Notes under the pieces: generated by a model
The model's input: only the letters and a program-made list of their open reading frames with translations
Databases searched by the model: none
What the model was told of the DNA's origin: nothing
Part shown: positions 11,285-22,544 of the stretch, in pieces
Position numbering within the stretch: position 1 is the first letter of the stretch
Layout of the letters: each line of letters starts with the position of its first letter
Position numbers and translations under genes: made by a program
From: Acidobacteriota bacterium
Lineage (GTDB): Bacteria; Acidobacteriota; Thermoanaerobaculia; Multivoradales; JAHEKO01
DNA length: 34,977 nucleotides
Assembly: GCA_027296385.1 (NCBI GenBank)
Contig: JAPUJD010000160.1
Span: forward strand, 1 to 34,977
Direction: 5' to 3'

Positions 11285-11842
11285 GTGGCTCGAATCCTCA
11301 CCGTACCCAATGTCCTGAGCTTCTTCCGGATCCTCCTCGTTCCGTTGCTCGTCGTCGTTTTGCTGACGAAGTTCGAGGGCGGGGCCCTGGTCGGGCTGGG
11401 CGTCTTCCTGCTCGCTTCGGCGACCGACTTCCTCGACGGTTTCATTGCCCGCCGCCGACGGCAGGTATCAAAGCTCGGCAAGCTGCTCGACCCGGCGGCC
11501 GACAAGATCCTGGTGTCAGCGGCTCTAATATCGTTGATCGAGCTCGGCGTCGCGCCGGCCTGGATGGTCATGGTGATCCTGGCCCGTGAGTTTCTGATCT
11601 CGGCGTTCCGCAGCCTCGCCGCCGGCGAGGGCATCGTCATGAGCGCCTCATGGCCAGGCAAGGTCAAGACGGCACTCCAGATCATCGCCATCTCGCTGCT
11701 CATCATCTACGAGCATCTGGGCGAGTTCGAGCGCCTAGGGCCGATCGCACTCTGGCTGGCGATGATCGCGACGCTGGTCTCGGGGGTCGACTACCTGGTC
11801 CGCTACGGGCCCGAAGTCGTGCGCGGTTCCGAGACCTCGTAG
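11285..11842 (+). CDS. pgsA: CDP-diacylglycerol--glycerol-3-phosphate 3-phosphatidyltransferase
   Basis: 185 aa, multi-TM. The CDP-alcohol phosphatidyltransferase motif is DFLDGFIARRRRQVSKLGKLLDPAADK (DGx2ARx8Gx3Dx3D). Confidence 0.85.
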   Translation: MARILTVPNVLSFFRILLVPLLVVVLLTKFEGGALVGLGVFLLASATDFLDGFIARRRRQVSKLGKLLDPAADKILVSAALISLIELGVAPAWMVMVILAREFLISAFRSLAAGEGIVMSASWPGKVKTALQIIAISLLIIYEHLGEFERLGPIALWLAMIATLVSGVDYLVRYGPEVVRGSETS

Positions 11843-11849
11843 AGCGCCG

Positions 11850-14417
11850 ATGACACGCCACCTTCTGCCACGGATCGCACAGTTCGCCCGCCGTCGCTAC
11901 CGGCTCGTGTTCGCCTTGACGGCGGGACTCATCGTGCTCGCCGGCCTGACGGCGAGCCGTCTGCGGTTCGATCCCGATTTTCTCAACCAGCTGCCGCAAA
12001 AAGCGCCGGAGATCCAGACTTTCCGGCGCAGTCTGGAGGAGTTCGGCACAGTCGATTACCTGCTCGTTGCGGTGCGGATTCCCGAGGGGGCGGTGCCAGA
12101 GCCCTACGAGGCGCTCGTCAGTCGGCTCGGCGAGCGTCTGTCCTCCGTGGAGGAGCTCGGATCGGTCGAGTACAAGCTCGGCGATCTCGAGGAGTTGCTG
12201 GCGACGTTCATGCCCCAGGCCATGCTCTTTCTCGACGCCCAAGGGCGCGAGGCGGTACTCGAGAAGGTCAGCGACGAGAAGCTCGCCTTGCGCGCGCGTG
12301 AGCTTCGGCGCCTGATTGCCACGCCCCAGGCCTTGACCCTGAAACGCCTCGTGCGGCTCGACCCCCTGGGTCTGTCGGAGGTTTTTCTGGATCGCCTCAA
12401 TACGGCCCGCGTCGGGCTCTCGCTCGATTGGTCGAGCGGCTACCTCCTGTCGGAGGACCAACGCATGCTCCTGTTGCTCGGCAAGCCGGTGCGACCGCCC
12501 CAGAACATCGAGTTCAACAAGCAGCTGGTCAAAGTCGTCGAGCGAGAGATCGAGGCCGTGCGCCTCGAGTGGCCGGTGCTCAATCGTGGCGCCGAGGCGC
12601 CGTTTCCCGAAGTGGTTCTCGGCGGCCGCTACGTCATCGCGCTCAGCGACGAGGCGCTGATCCGGCGTGACGCGATCACTAACTTGTTCACCTCGTTCGG
12701 CGGGGTCTTGATCCTCTTCCTGTTCGCGTTTCGCCGTTTCGGCGTGCTGACCTATGCGTTCCTGCCGCTCTTCTGCGGCCTGGTTCTGACTTTCGGCTTC
12801 GCGTATCTGGCATTCGGTGTGCTCAATTCGGCCACTAGTGGCGTGGCGGCCCTGCTCATCGGTCTCGGCATTGACTTCGTCATCGTTTCGTATGGCCGCT
12901 TCGTCGAAGAGCGTCGTCGCGGAGTGCCCTTCGAGGAGGCTCTGGTACGGATGAGCGGCTCGTCCGGCCGCGCCGTCGTCGTGGGCGCGGTGACGAGCGC
13001 CGCCACCTTCTACGCCTTCACCGTGACCGAGTTCACCGGCCTCGCCCAGATGGGGGTGCTGACGGGCACCGGTATCCTCTTTTGCATGGTGGCGGTGCTT
13101 TTCCTGTTGCCGTCGTTGCTGGCATGGAGCCACGACCGGCACGAGCGCCAACGTCGCGATCAGCGCCTCTTCTTGCACGATCTCGGCAGCACCTGGCTCA
13201 TCCGGACATCCCTGCGCCGGCCGCGTTTGGTTCTCGGCCTGGGCCTGGTGCTGACGGTCGTGGCGGGCTGGCTCGCGACAGGGCTGCGTTTCGAAGACAG
13301 CGTCAAAGAGATGCGGCCGGCCGGCAATCCGGGCACCGAGGTCTGGGAGGAGGTAGCCGAGCGCTTCGGCTCTGGCTTCGAGCAGATGAGCTTCATCGTC
13401 AGCGCTCCCGAACTCGACGAGGTTCTGGAGCGCGCCAACGAGGCCTCGCTCGAGGCCGCCCGGCTGGTCGAGGTCGGAGTGATCGACGATTTCGACGGCA
13501 TCGACACGGTCATTCCGCCACCGTCGCAGCAAGCCGCCGCCATCGAGTGGTTGGCGCGGGAGCGCGCTGCAGGACTCGACATCGAGCGAATCCGCGCCAG
13601 TTTCGCCTCCGCGCTACGGCAGGCCGGTATGCGCTTGGCACCGTTCGAGCGAGGGTTGGACCTCTTCGCCGCCGCAGTCGCGCGAGAGGAGCCGATCGGC
13701 CTCGACGACTTTCGCCAGTCGTCCCAGGCGAGCCGGTTGCTGGATCGCTATCTCGTCAGGACTGACGACGGCTGGCGCAGTGCGGTCTATCTTTACCCAC
13801 CGCCCAAGGTCTGGGGTCGCGAGGCCCCACCCGAGGCGCACGCCGCGGCCGATCGACTCGGCCCCCAGGTCGAGCTGACCGGGGCCAATGTCCTGAGCGC
13901 CTTCCTGCGCCATCGCGTGCTGCGCGACGCCCGGATGGCGGCAGCACTCGGGTTTGTGCTGGTCGCTCTGCTGCTCTGGGTCGACTTCCGCAACCTGCGC
14001 GACACTCTGTTGGCCCTGGCGCCGCTCTCGGTCGGCGTCGTCTGGATGCTTGGCATCATGGCGCTGATGGACATCGCCATGAACTTCATGAACATCTTCG
14101 TGACGACGATGATCATCGGTATCGGAGTCGACTATGGGGTCCACATGCTCCATCGTTACCGCGAGCTCAGCGGTTCGGATCGCGCGGTGTACACTGCCGG
14201 GCTTGGCGAGACCGGGAAGGCGATCGTGTTGGCGGCGCTGTCGACCATCGTCGGTTTCGGGTCGCTATCGCTGTCGCACTATCCCGGTTTGCAATCGATG
14301 GGCAAGGTATCGATCCTGGGTGCCGTGTGTACCTGCGTGGTCGCCATCACCGTGCTGCCGGGGTACTTGAGTCTGCGGATTCGACGCTCCGAGAGTGAGG
14401 CGGAAGCCTCAGACTGA
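11850..14417 (+). CDS. MMPL/RND-superfamily membrane exporter (probable lipid transporter)
   Basis: 855 aa with two hydrophobic multi-TM bundles (about aa 270-440 and 690-840), each following a large soluble loop. This is the typical MMPL/HpnN-like architecture. The substrate is unknown. Confidence 0.75.
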   Translation: MTRHLLPRIAQFARRRYRLVFALTAGLIVLAGLTASRLRFDPDFLNQLPQKAPEIQTFRRSLEEFGTVDYLLVAVRIPEGAVPEPYEALVSRLGERLSSVEELGSVEYKLGDLEELLATFMPQAMLFLDAQGREAVLEKVSDEKLALRARELRRLIATPQALTLKRLVRLDPLGLSEVFLDRLNTARVGLSLDWSSGYLLSEDQRMLLLLGKPVRPPQNIEFNKQLVKVVEREIEAVRLEWPVLNRGAEAPFPEVVLGGRYVIALSDEALIRRDAITNLFTSFGGVLILFLFAFRRFGVLTYAFLPLFCGLVLTFGFAYLAFGVLNSATSGVAALLIGLGIDFVIVSYGRFVEERRRGVPFEEALVRMSGSSGRAVVVGAVTSAATFYAFTVTEFTGLAQMGVLTGTGILFCMVAVLFLLPSLLAWSHDRHERQRRDQRLFLHDLGSTWLIRTSLRRPRLVLGLGLVLTVVAGWLATGLRFEDSVKEMRPAGNPGTEVWEEVAERFGSGFEQMSFIVSAPELDEVLERANEASLEAARLVEVGVIDDFDGIDTVIPPPSQQAAAIEWLARERAAGLDIERIRASFASALRQAGMRLAPFERGLDLFAAAVAREEPIGLDDFRQSSQASRLLDRYLVRTDDGWRSAVYLYPPPKVWGREAPPEAHAAADRLGPQVELTGANVLSAFLRHRVLRDARMAAALGFVLVALLLWVDFRNLRDTLLALAPLSVGVVWMLGIMALMDIAMNFMNIFVTTMIIGIGVDYGVHMLHRYRELSGSDRAVYTAGLGETGKAIVLAALSTIVGFGSLSLSHYPGLQSMGKVSILGAVCTCVVAITVLPGYLSLRIRRSESEAEASD

Positions 14418-15733
14418 TGTTCGACGGCCTACAGGACAGGCTGCAAGGCGTCTTCAGGCGCCTCAAGGGTGAGGGCCGTGTGTCGGAGGAGGTGCTTAAG
14501 AGGGCGCTGCGCGAGATCCGCCTCGCTTTGCTCGAGGCCGACGTGCATTTCCGGGTGGTGAAGCCCTTCATCGCTCGCGTCAGCGAACGTGCCCTGGGTC
14601 AGGACGTCCTAGAGAGCCTGACGCCGGCTCAACAGGTCATCAAGATCGTCCGCGACGAGCTGATCGATCTGCTCGGCGCTGACAGCGAAGAGCTTCGGCT
14701 GTCGGGCCGGCCGGCGGTCATCCTGCTTTGCGGATTGCAGGGATCGGGCAAGACCACTACCGCCGGCAAGCTGGCGCGGCGGTTGATCGAGCGCGGTCGC
14801 CGACCGCTCCTGGTGGCCGGCGATCTGCGGCGGGCCGCCGCTGTGGACCAGCTGCGTCAGGTCGGTGCCGCGGTCGAGGTTCCCGTGGTCGAGCCGATGG
14901 CGGCCGAGAAGGTGACGGCGCTCGCCAGCCGCGCCTTGGCCGAGGCTCGGCGGCGCGGCTTCGACACGCTGATCTTCGACACCGCCGGACGTCTGCACGT
15001 CGATGCCGAGCTGATGGCCGAGCTGGGGCAGCTGGCGGAGGCGCTCCAACCCGACGAGACCTTCTTCGTCGCCGACTCGATGACCGGCCAGGACGCCGTG
15101 TCGAGCGCCCAGGAGTTCTCCCGGTCGCTGGCTCTCACCGGTGTCATCCTGACCAAGCTCGACGGGGATACTCGCGGCGGCGCCGCGCTGTCGATCCGCA
15201 CCATCGCCGACATTCCGATCCGCTTTCTCGGCACGGGTGAGAAGCTCGACGAGCTGGAGCTCTTCCAGTCCGAGCGCATGGCGTCGAGGATTCTCGGCCT
15301 GGGCGACGTGCTGTCGCTGATCGAGAAGGCGGAGAAGGGGCTCGACGGCGCCGAGACTGAGCGCCTGGCCCGGCGCATGGCCCGGCGTCAGTTCACGCTC
15401 GAGGATCTGCGCGATCATCTGCGCCAGCTCAGGCGCCTGGGACCGCTGTCGCAGGTGCTGGAGATGCTGCCCAAGGCGGGCCCGCTGGGCAAGATGGACG
15501 CGTCGATGGTCGACGAGCGTCAGCTCGCGCGGGTGGAAGCGATGATCGACTCGATGACCCCCAAAGAGCGCCAGTTCCCGAGGATTCTCGGCGCCAGCCG
15601 CAAGAAGCGAATCGCGCGCGGCTCAGGGACCCGGGTGCAGGATGTCAATCAGTTGCTCAAACAGTACCGCATGATGCAGCGCATGATGAAGAACGTGAAA
15701 GGCAACTGGCTCAAGCGGACCCTGGGAGGGTAG
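14417..15733 (+). CDS. ffh: Signal recognition particle protein Ffh
   Basis: 438 aa. NG-domain motifs are GLQGSGKTTTAGKLA, DTAGR and TKLDGDTRGGAALS. The M domain is Met-rich (KQYRMMQRMMKN). The ATG overlaps the stop of the upstream gene (TGATG). Confidence 0.95.
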   Translation: MFDGLQDRLQGVFRRLKGEGRVSEEVLKRALREIRLALLEADVHFRVVKPFIARVSERALGQDVLESLTPAQQVIKIVRDELIDLLGADSEELRLSGRPAVILLCGLQGSGKTTTAGKLARRLIERGRRPLLVAGDLRRAAAVDQLRQVGAAVEVPVVEPMAAEKVTALASRALAEARRRGFDTLIFDTAGRLHVDAELMAELGQLAEALQPDETFFVADSMTGQDAVSSAQEFSRSLALTGVILTKLDGDTRGGAALSIRTIADIPIRFLGTGEKLDELELFQSERMASRILGLGDVLSLIEKAEKGLDGAETERLARRMARRQFTLEDLRDHLRQLRRLGPLSQVLEMLPKAGPLGKMDASMVDERQLARVEAMIDSMTPKERQFPRILGASRKKRIARGSGTRVQDVNQLLKQYRMMQRMMKNVKGNWLKRTLGG

Positions 15734-15868
15734 TTGCTGGCTGCCCGGTGACACGGCAGGGGGTTCCTGCTACACTGCGCCGCCGGGTCGCCAGGCCCCC
15801 TGAGCGATGGGCACGTTTGGGGCGCCTGCTGGCGCCCAATCTGTCGAGTCGTTGGAGGTCACAGAGAA

Positions 15869-16117
15869 ATGCTGAAGATCAGACTACGCCGCATGGGGAG
15901 TACCCACACGCCCTTCTACCGGGTGGTGGTCTCCGATTCGCGGCGTACACCGAGAGCCGCCTTCCTCGAAGAGGTAGGCTACTACAACCCCGTATCCAAT
16001 CCGCCTCAGATCAAGATCGACCGCGAGCGAGTCAACCATTGGGTCGGCAAAGGCGCGCAGCTCTCACCGACGGTCAAGAAGCTGCTCCGCCGGCAGAGCG
16101 TAGTAGTCGCTTCCTGA
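15869..16117 (+). CDS. rpsP: 30S ribosomal protein S16
   Basis: 82 aa beginning MLKIRLRRMGSTHTPFYRVVVSDSR..GYYNP, the canonical bS16 sequence. Confidence 0.95.
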   Translation: MLKIRLRRMGSTHTPFYRVVVSDSRRTPRAAFLEEVGYYNPVSNPPQIKIDRERVNHWVGKGAQLSPTVKKLLRRQSVVVAS

Positions 16118-16353
16118 TGCTTCGCGAGCAACTCGCCAGCTTGCTGCGCCGGATCGTCGACGAGCCCGAGCAAGTCGAGGTCGAAGAGTTCGATACCGCA
16201 AGCTCGACGGTCTTCGAAGTGCGCGTGGCCCAGAGCGATATTGGCAAGGTGATCGGGCGTCAGGGGCGCACGGCGCGGGCGCTGCGCAGTCTCTTGGCCG
16301 AGCGTGGTAGCCATGACGACGCGCACTATGAGTTCGAAGTCGTCGACGACTGA
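16117..16353 (+). CDS. KH-domain RNA-binding protein (YlqC/UPF0109 family)
   Basis: Only the C-terminal 78 aa of track ORF 15748..16353 is credible. ATG 16117 overlaps the rpsP stop (TGATG). The KH GxxG motif is IGKVIGRQGRTARALRSLL. The position between rpsP and rimM is conserved. Confidence 0.8.
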   Translation: MLREQLASLLRRIVDEPEQVEVEEFDTASSTVFEVRVAQSDIGKVIGRQGRTARALRSLLAERGSHDDAHYEFEVVDD

Positions 16354-16888
16354 TCCCGACTCTTCCGAGGCCGTCCTCGTCGGCTTGATTCACAAGCCGC
16401 ACGGCATCCGCGGCGAGGTCGCCGTGGAGTCACTCTCCGAGGTAGAAAATCGCTTCGCCGTAGGGGCGCAACTCGTGCTCACGGTTCCGGGCGCGCCGAG
16501 CCGGTCGGTGAGGATCCGCTCTTGTCGGCCGCACGGCCGCTCCCTGCTGGTTGGTTTCGAGGGTATCGACAGCCGCGATCGGGCCGAGGAGCTGCGGCAC
16601 GGCCGGCTAGAAGTCGATCGTCGGGAGGTGCCGCCAGCGCCCGCAGGCGCGTTCTACCACTTCGAGCTCATCGGCTGCCGCTGCATCGACGACTCCGGCC
16701 AGGAGCTCGGGGTCGTGCGGGCAGTCTTCGAGGACGGCGGTGGCGAGATCCTGAGCATCGAGGACGGCTCCGGAGAGATTCTCGTTCCCTTTGTGCGAGC
16801 CTTCCTCAAGCGTGTCGACGTGGCCGCTGGCCTCATTGAGCTCGAACTTCCCGATGGGTTGATTGAGGCATGCAGATCAAGATCGTAA
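16313..16888 (+). CDS. rimM: Ribosome maturation factor RimM
   Basis: N-terminal motif VLVGLIHKPHGIRGEV followed by a PRC-barrel C-terminus. The start is ambiguous: GTG 16304, ATG 16313 and ATG 16328 are all in frame. Confidence 0.85.
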   Translation: MTTRTMSSKSSTTDPDSSEAVLVGLIHKPHGIRGEVAVESLSEVENRFAVGAQLVLTVPGAPSRSVRIRSCRPHGRSLLVGFEGIDSRDRAEELRHGRLEVDRREVPPAPAGAFYHFELIGCRCIDDSGQELGVVRAVFEDGGGEILSIEDGSGEILVPFVRAFLKRVDVAAGLIELELPDGLIEACRSRS

Positions 16889-17595
16889 CCATCTTCCCGG
16901 AGATATTCGACTCTTTCCTGGGCGTCAGCCTCATCGGCAGGGCGATCGAAGCGGGTCGCTGCACGATCGAGGTCGTCGATCTGCGGGCTTACGCCCGAGA
17001 TCGGCATCGGGTCGTCGACGACGAACCCTACGGCGGAGGGGGTGGCATGGTGATGAAGGCCGAGCCATGGCTCGAGGCCGTACGCGATCTGGCCGCCGAG
17101 GCTTCTTGGCGGGTACAGCTTTCGCCCCAGGGCAGCCGGCTGGACGAGGCAAAGGTCCGCGAGCTGTCGGGACGCGAGCGGCTCCTCCTGCTCTGCGGAC
17201 GCTATGAGGGCATCGACGAACGGGTTCGAAAGCTGGTTGTCGACGAGGAGATTTCGATCGGGGACTACGTGCTCTCGGGTGGTGAAACGGCGGCCATGGT
17301 CTTGGTCGAAGCCGTGGCCCGCCAGATCCCCGGCGTCGTCGGACTTGCCGACTCGGTGGAGAACGATAGCTTTCGCCACGGCATCCTCGATTATCCCCAC
17401 TACACCCGGCCCCGTGACGTCGAGGGGCTCGCGGTACCGGAGGTCTTGCTCTCCGGCGATCATGCGGCGGTGGCGCGGTGGCGGCGTCAAGAGGCTTTGC
17501 GGGCGACGCTGACCAAGCGCCCGGATCTGCTGGAGGCCGCCGAGCTGAGCGACGAGGATCACCGGATTCTGGGGCGACTGCGGGGAAAGCAGTAG
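16870..17595 (+). CDS. trmD: tRNA (guanine37-N1)-methyltransferase TrmD
   Basis: 241 aa, MQIKIVTIFPEIF..DDEPYGGGGGMVMK..CGRYEGIDERV..EISIGDYVLSGGE. It overlaps the rimM 3' end by 19 nt. Confidence 0.95.
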   Translation: MQIKIVTIFPEIFDSFLGVSLIGRAIEAGRCTIEVVDLRAYARDRHRVVDDEPYGGGGGMVMKAEPWLEAVRDLAAEASWRVQLSPQGSRLDEAKVRELSGRERLLLLCGRYEGIDERVRKLVVDEEISIGDYVLSGGETAAMVLVEAVARQIPGVVGLADSVENDSFRHGILDYPHYTRPRDVEGLAVPEVLLSGDHAAVARWRRQEALRATLTKRPDLLEAAELSDEDHRILGRLRGKQ

Positions 17596-17602
17596 TTTCC
17601 CC

Positions 17603-17631
17603 TTGCCACAAGGCCCCAGGATGTCGATAAT
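17603..17631 (+). promoter_or_regulatory. Candidate sigma70-type promoter for rplS (TTGCCA-N17-GATAAT)
   Basis: TTGCCA at 17603-17608, a 17-nt spacer, and GATAAT at 17626-17631. These fall in the locally AT-richer 93-nt trmD-rplS gap. This is a pattern match only. Confidence 0.35.
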
Positions 17632-17688
17632 AACGGGCTCGCTCCGGCGCAGAGTTCCTGCGCCTCGGGGACCCGGAGGGTATTGCCA

Positions 17689-18099
17689 ATGAACAAGTTG
17701 CAAGAGATCGAGAGCGCCTACTTGCGTTCTGACATTCCGGACTTCCGGGCCGGCGACACCATCAAGGTGCACGTCAAGGTCTCGGAAGGCGACAAGCAGC
17801 GGATCCAGCTCTTTCAGGGCGTCGTCATCAGCCGCAAGGGTGACGGTACGCGAGAGAGCTTCACCGTACGCAAAATCTCCAGTGGGATTGGCGTGGAGCG
17901 CGTGTTCCCGCTGAACTCGCCGGTTGTCGACAAGGTCGAGGTCGTGCGCCACGGACGTGTTCGCCGAGCCAAGCTCTACTACTTGAGAGAGCTTCGAGGC
18001 AAGGCGGCGCGGATCGAGGAGCGCCGTGTCGACCGGTCGAAGATGGCTGCCGCTGCCGCGGCGCCATTGCCTTTAGACGACGCTAGCGAAGAAGAGTAG
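17689..18099 (+). CDS. rplS: 50S ribosomal protein L19
   Basis: The track ORF starts at TTG 17683. I prefer ATG 17689, which has a GGAGGG Shine-Dalgarno at 17675-17680. The sequence [35 protein letters not shown] is the canonical bL19. Confidence 0.95.
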   Translation: MNKLQEIESAYLRSDIPDFRAGDTIKVHVKVSEGDKQRIQLFQGVVISRKGDGTRESFTVRKISSGIGVERVFPLNSPVVDKVEVVRHGRVRRAKLYYLRELRGKAARIEERRVDRSKMAAAAAAPLPLDDASEEE

Positions 18100-18153
18100 G
18101 CTCGAGCCGCGACTCGCGGTTGGCTTGCGTCGACGCAATACGGGGGTTCTGAC

Positions 18154-18809
18154 GTGGCGACGATGGGACAGGTACTAGCCGAAGCCTATCGGTTACGTCT
18201 GCTCAGTGGCGTCGACGAGCTCTTTCTCGACTACGGTTTCAAAAACTGCGCCGGAGTCGACGAGGCGGGGCGAGGTGCCCTGGCCGGACCGGTAACGGCG
18301 ACGGCGGTCATCGTGGATCCCTCGCGGCGGGTGCCTGGTGTCGACGACAGCAAGGCCTTGACGGCGCAAGCCAGGGCGCGGCTGGAAGAGCGTATCAAGC
18401 GGTCCGTGCGTAGCCATGCCACCGTGGCGGTGAGCGCCGCAACGATCGAGCGCCTCAACATCCTCCAGGCGACGAGGCGGGCGATGCAGCTGGCGTTGGA
18501 GCGGTTGGCGCCGGCGCCCGACTGCGCGTTGGTCGACGCCGTGAGGCTAGACACCGCTTTCCCCAGCCTCGGTCTCGTTCGCGGCGACAGCTTGTGCTAC
18601 TCAGTTGCGGCGGCCTCGATTCTGGCCAAACACGAGCGGGACCGGGTGATGGTCGAGCTCGATAAGCAGTACCCGCAGTACGGTTTCGCTCGTCACAAGG
18701 GGTACGCCTCTCAGGAGCATCTCGAGGCCCTGCGCCAGTTCGGTCCGTGCCCCGAGCACCGGCTGACCTTCCGATCCGTGCTACCGCGGGAGGGGGAAGA
18801 GGTGCACTG

Positions 18810-18810
<1 letters not shown>
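18154..18810 (+). CDS. rnhB: Ribonuclease HII
   Basis: 218 aa with GVDEAGRGALAGPV, DDSKAL, and GDSLCYSVAAASILAK..YGFARHKGY. An alternative in-frame ATG lies at 18163. Confidence 0.9.
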
Positions 18811-21407
<2,597 letters not shown>

Positions 21408-21442
21408 CCAGAGGTGGGATCGACACGATGTTTCGCTGAGCC

Positions 21443-22519
21443 GTGACTGACGATCGCAAGATTCTGTGGGCCGTCATGGGAACGGTCGGCCTGGTCGTCT
21501 CGGTCATTTTCTTCTCCGAGCGAGTTCAGCAGAAGCTGCGTCCGGACCCCATCAGGGCCTTCGTCGCGATCCAGGTCGAGGGGGATGACCACGCCCGGGT
21601 TGGTCCGGTCGAGATCGCGGCAGGGCAGGAGTTTCGGCTTCACGCGGTGCTCGAGGCGATTGGGCGCCGCGGGCGGCAAGTCTTTTTTACCGAAGCGCCA
21701 GCTCTCGAGATCTTCGGTCGACGCTTCACGGGCGAGAGCCTGCGTCGTTGGAGCGGGCCGGAGAAGGCCAAGGTCCTCTGGTTCTCGGTCGAAGGTCCGC
21801 GGCCCTTCATCGAGCTGCCGGTCGAGGTCCCACTGTCGAAGCTGGCGTTCAAGGAGAACTTCCGCGCCGACTGGCCTCGGGCCTGGTCGATCCCGGGCAG
21901 TCTCCGGCCGGCACGTGAGGCTGCCGTGGTCGAAAGTCGGCCGGTCGAAAGGATTCCGTTCGGCACCCAGCGCTTCCACGTCCGGATCGAGCTCTTCGGG
22001 ACCTCGAGCCAATTGGTGCCGGCGGCGACGCACAGCTCTCTGGGAGCAACCGATCTGGCGGCATCGGTCGACGAGTTCCCCGCCGTGGTGGCCACGCTGC
22101 CCGGTACGCTAGCGTTGCCGTCGCGGGTCTTCGGTCTACCGCAGATCGACCTCGCTTCCGACGCCCAGCGGCGCGAGTCCGTGCAGCTGAAGGCCTGGTA
22201 CGACGCCGATCTGGCCTTCTCCAATCTGCTCCTCCTGCGCGCCATGGTCGACGCTGCCGGGGCGCAGTGGGACGACCTCGAGTGGCGCTCGGTGGAGCTG
22301 GCAACCGGGCCGCCGTGGGGGCCGGGCTCGGTCGCGGCCGGAGATCTGCTGCGGGTCGGTCAGCGGGTCGTCGTGTTGTTCGAGGACCGTGGCGAGATTG
22401 GGCGGCTCGACTACGAAGACCTCTGCCTCGATTTTCTCGAGGGAGCGCAGATTCGCCGGCTGAGCGAGGTATTCTCCGGCGAAGGGCTGGTCGAATCCAC
22501 GGCTTTGAGCCCGACCTAA
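21443..22519 (+). CDS. Hypothetical membrane-anchored protein, no recognisable domain
   Basis: 358-aa ORF with a GTG start. One N-terminal TM helix (ILWAVMGTVGLVVSVIFF). It fits the gaps to its neighbours exactly (35 nt and 25 nt). Third-position GC looks consistent with coding. No motif is recognised. Confidence 0.55.
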   Translation: MTDDRKILWAVMGTVGLVVSVIFFSERVQQKLRPDPIRAFVAIQVEGDDHARVGPVEIAAGQEFRLHAVLEAIGRRGRQVFFTEAPALEIFGRRFTGESLRRWSGPEKAKVLWFSVEGPRPFIELPVEVPLSKLAFKENFRADWPRAWSIPGSLRPAREAAVVESRPVERIPFGTQRFHVRIELFGTSSQLVPAATHSSLGATDLAASVDEFPAVVATLPGTLALPSRVFGLPQIDLASDAQRRESVQLKAWYDADLAFSNLLLLRAMVDAAGAQWDDLEWRSVELATGPPWGPGSVAAGDLLRVGQRVVVLFEDRGEIGRLDYEDLCLDFLEGAQIRRLSEVFSGEGLVESTALSPT

Positions 22520-22544
22520 TGCGCTGGCGACAGGGGATTCGAGG

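Noticed and set aside
15826-15843. GC-rich hairpin gggcgcc-tgct-ggcgccc in the ffh-rpsP gap, considered as a terminator or leader.
   Set aside because: No U-tract follows it. It is short, and GC-rich hairpins of this size are common in this sequence. The evidence is insufficient for a feature call.
15748-16116. First 123 aa of track ORF 15748-16353, overlapping rpsP.
   Set aside because: It is out of frame with the unmistakable S16 gene. Only the part after ATG 16117 shows the KH-domain GxxG motif.
18125-18138. Perfect 14-bp palindrome TTGCGTCGACGCAA, 15 nt upstream of the rnhB start.
   Set aside because: A 7+7 perfect palindrome is expected about twice by chance in a window of this size (about 35,000 positions times 4^-7). 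There is no second copy and no associated regulator.
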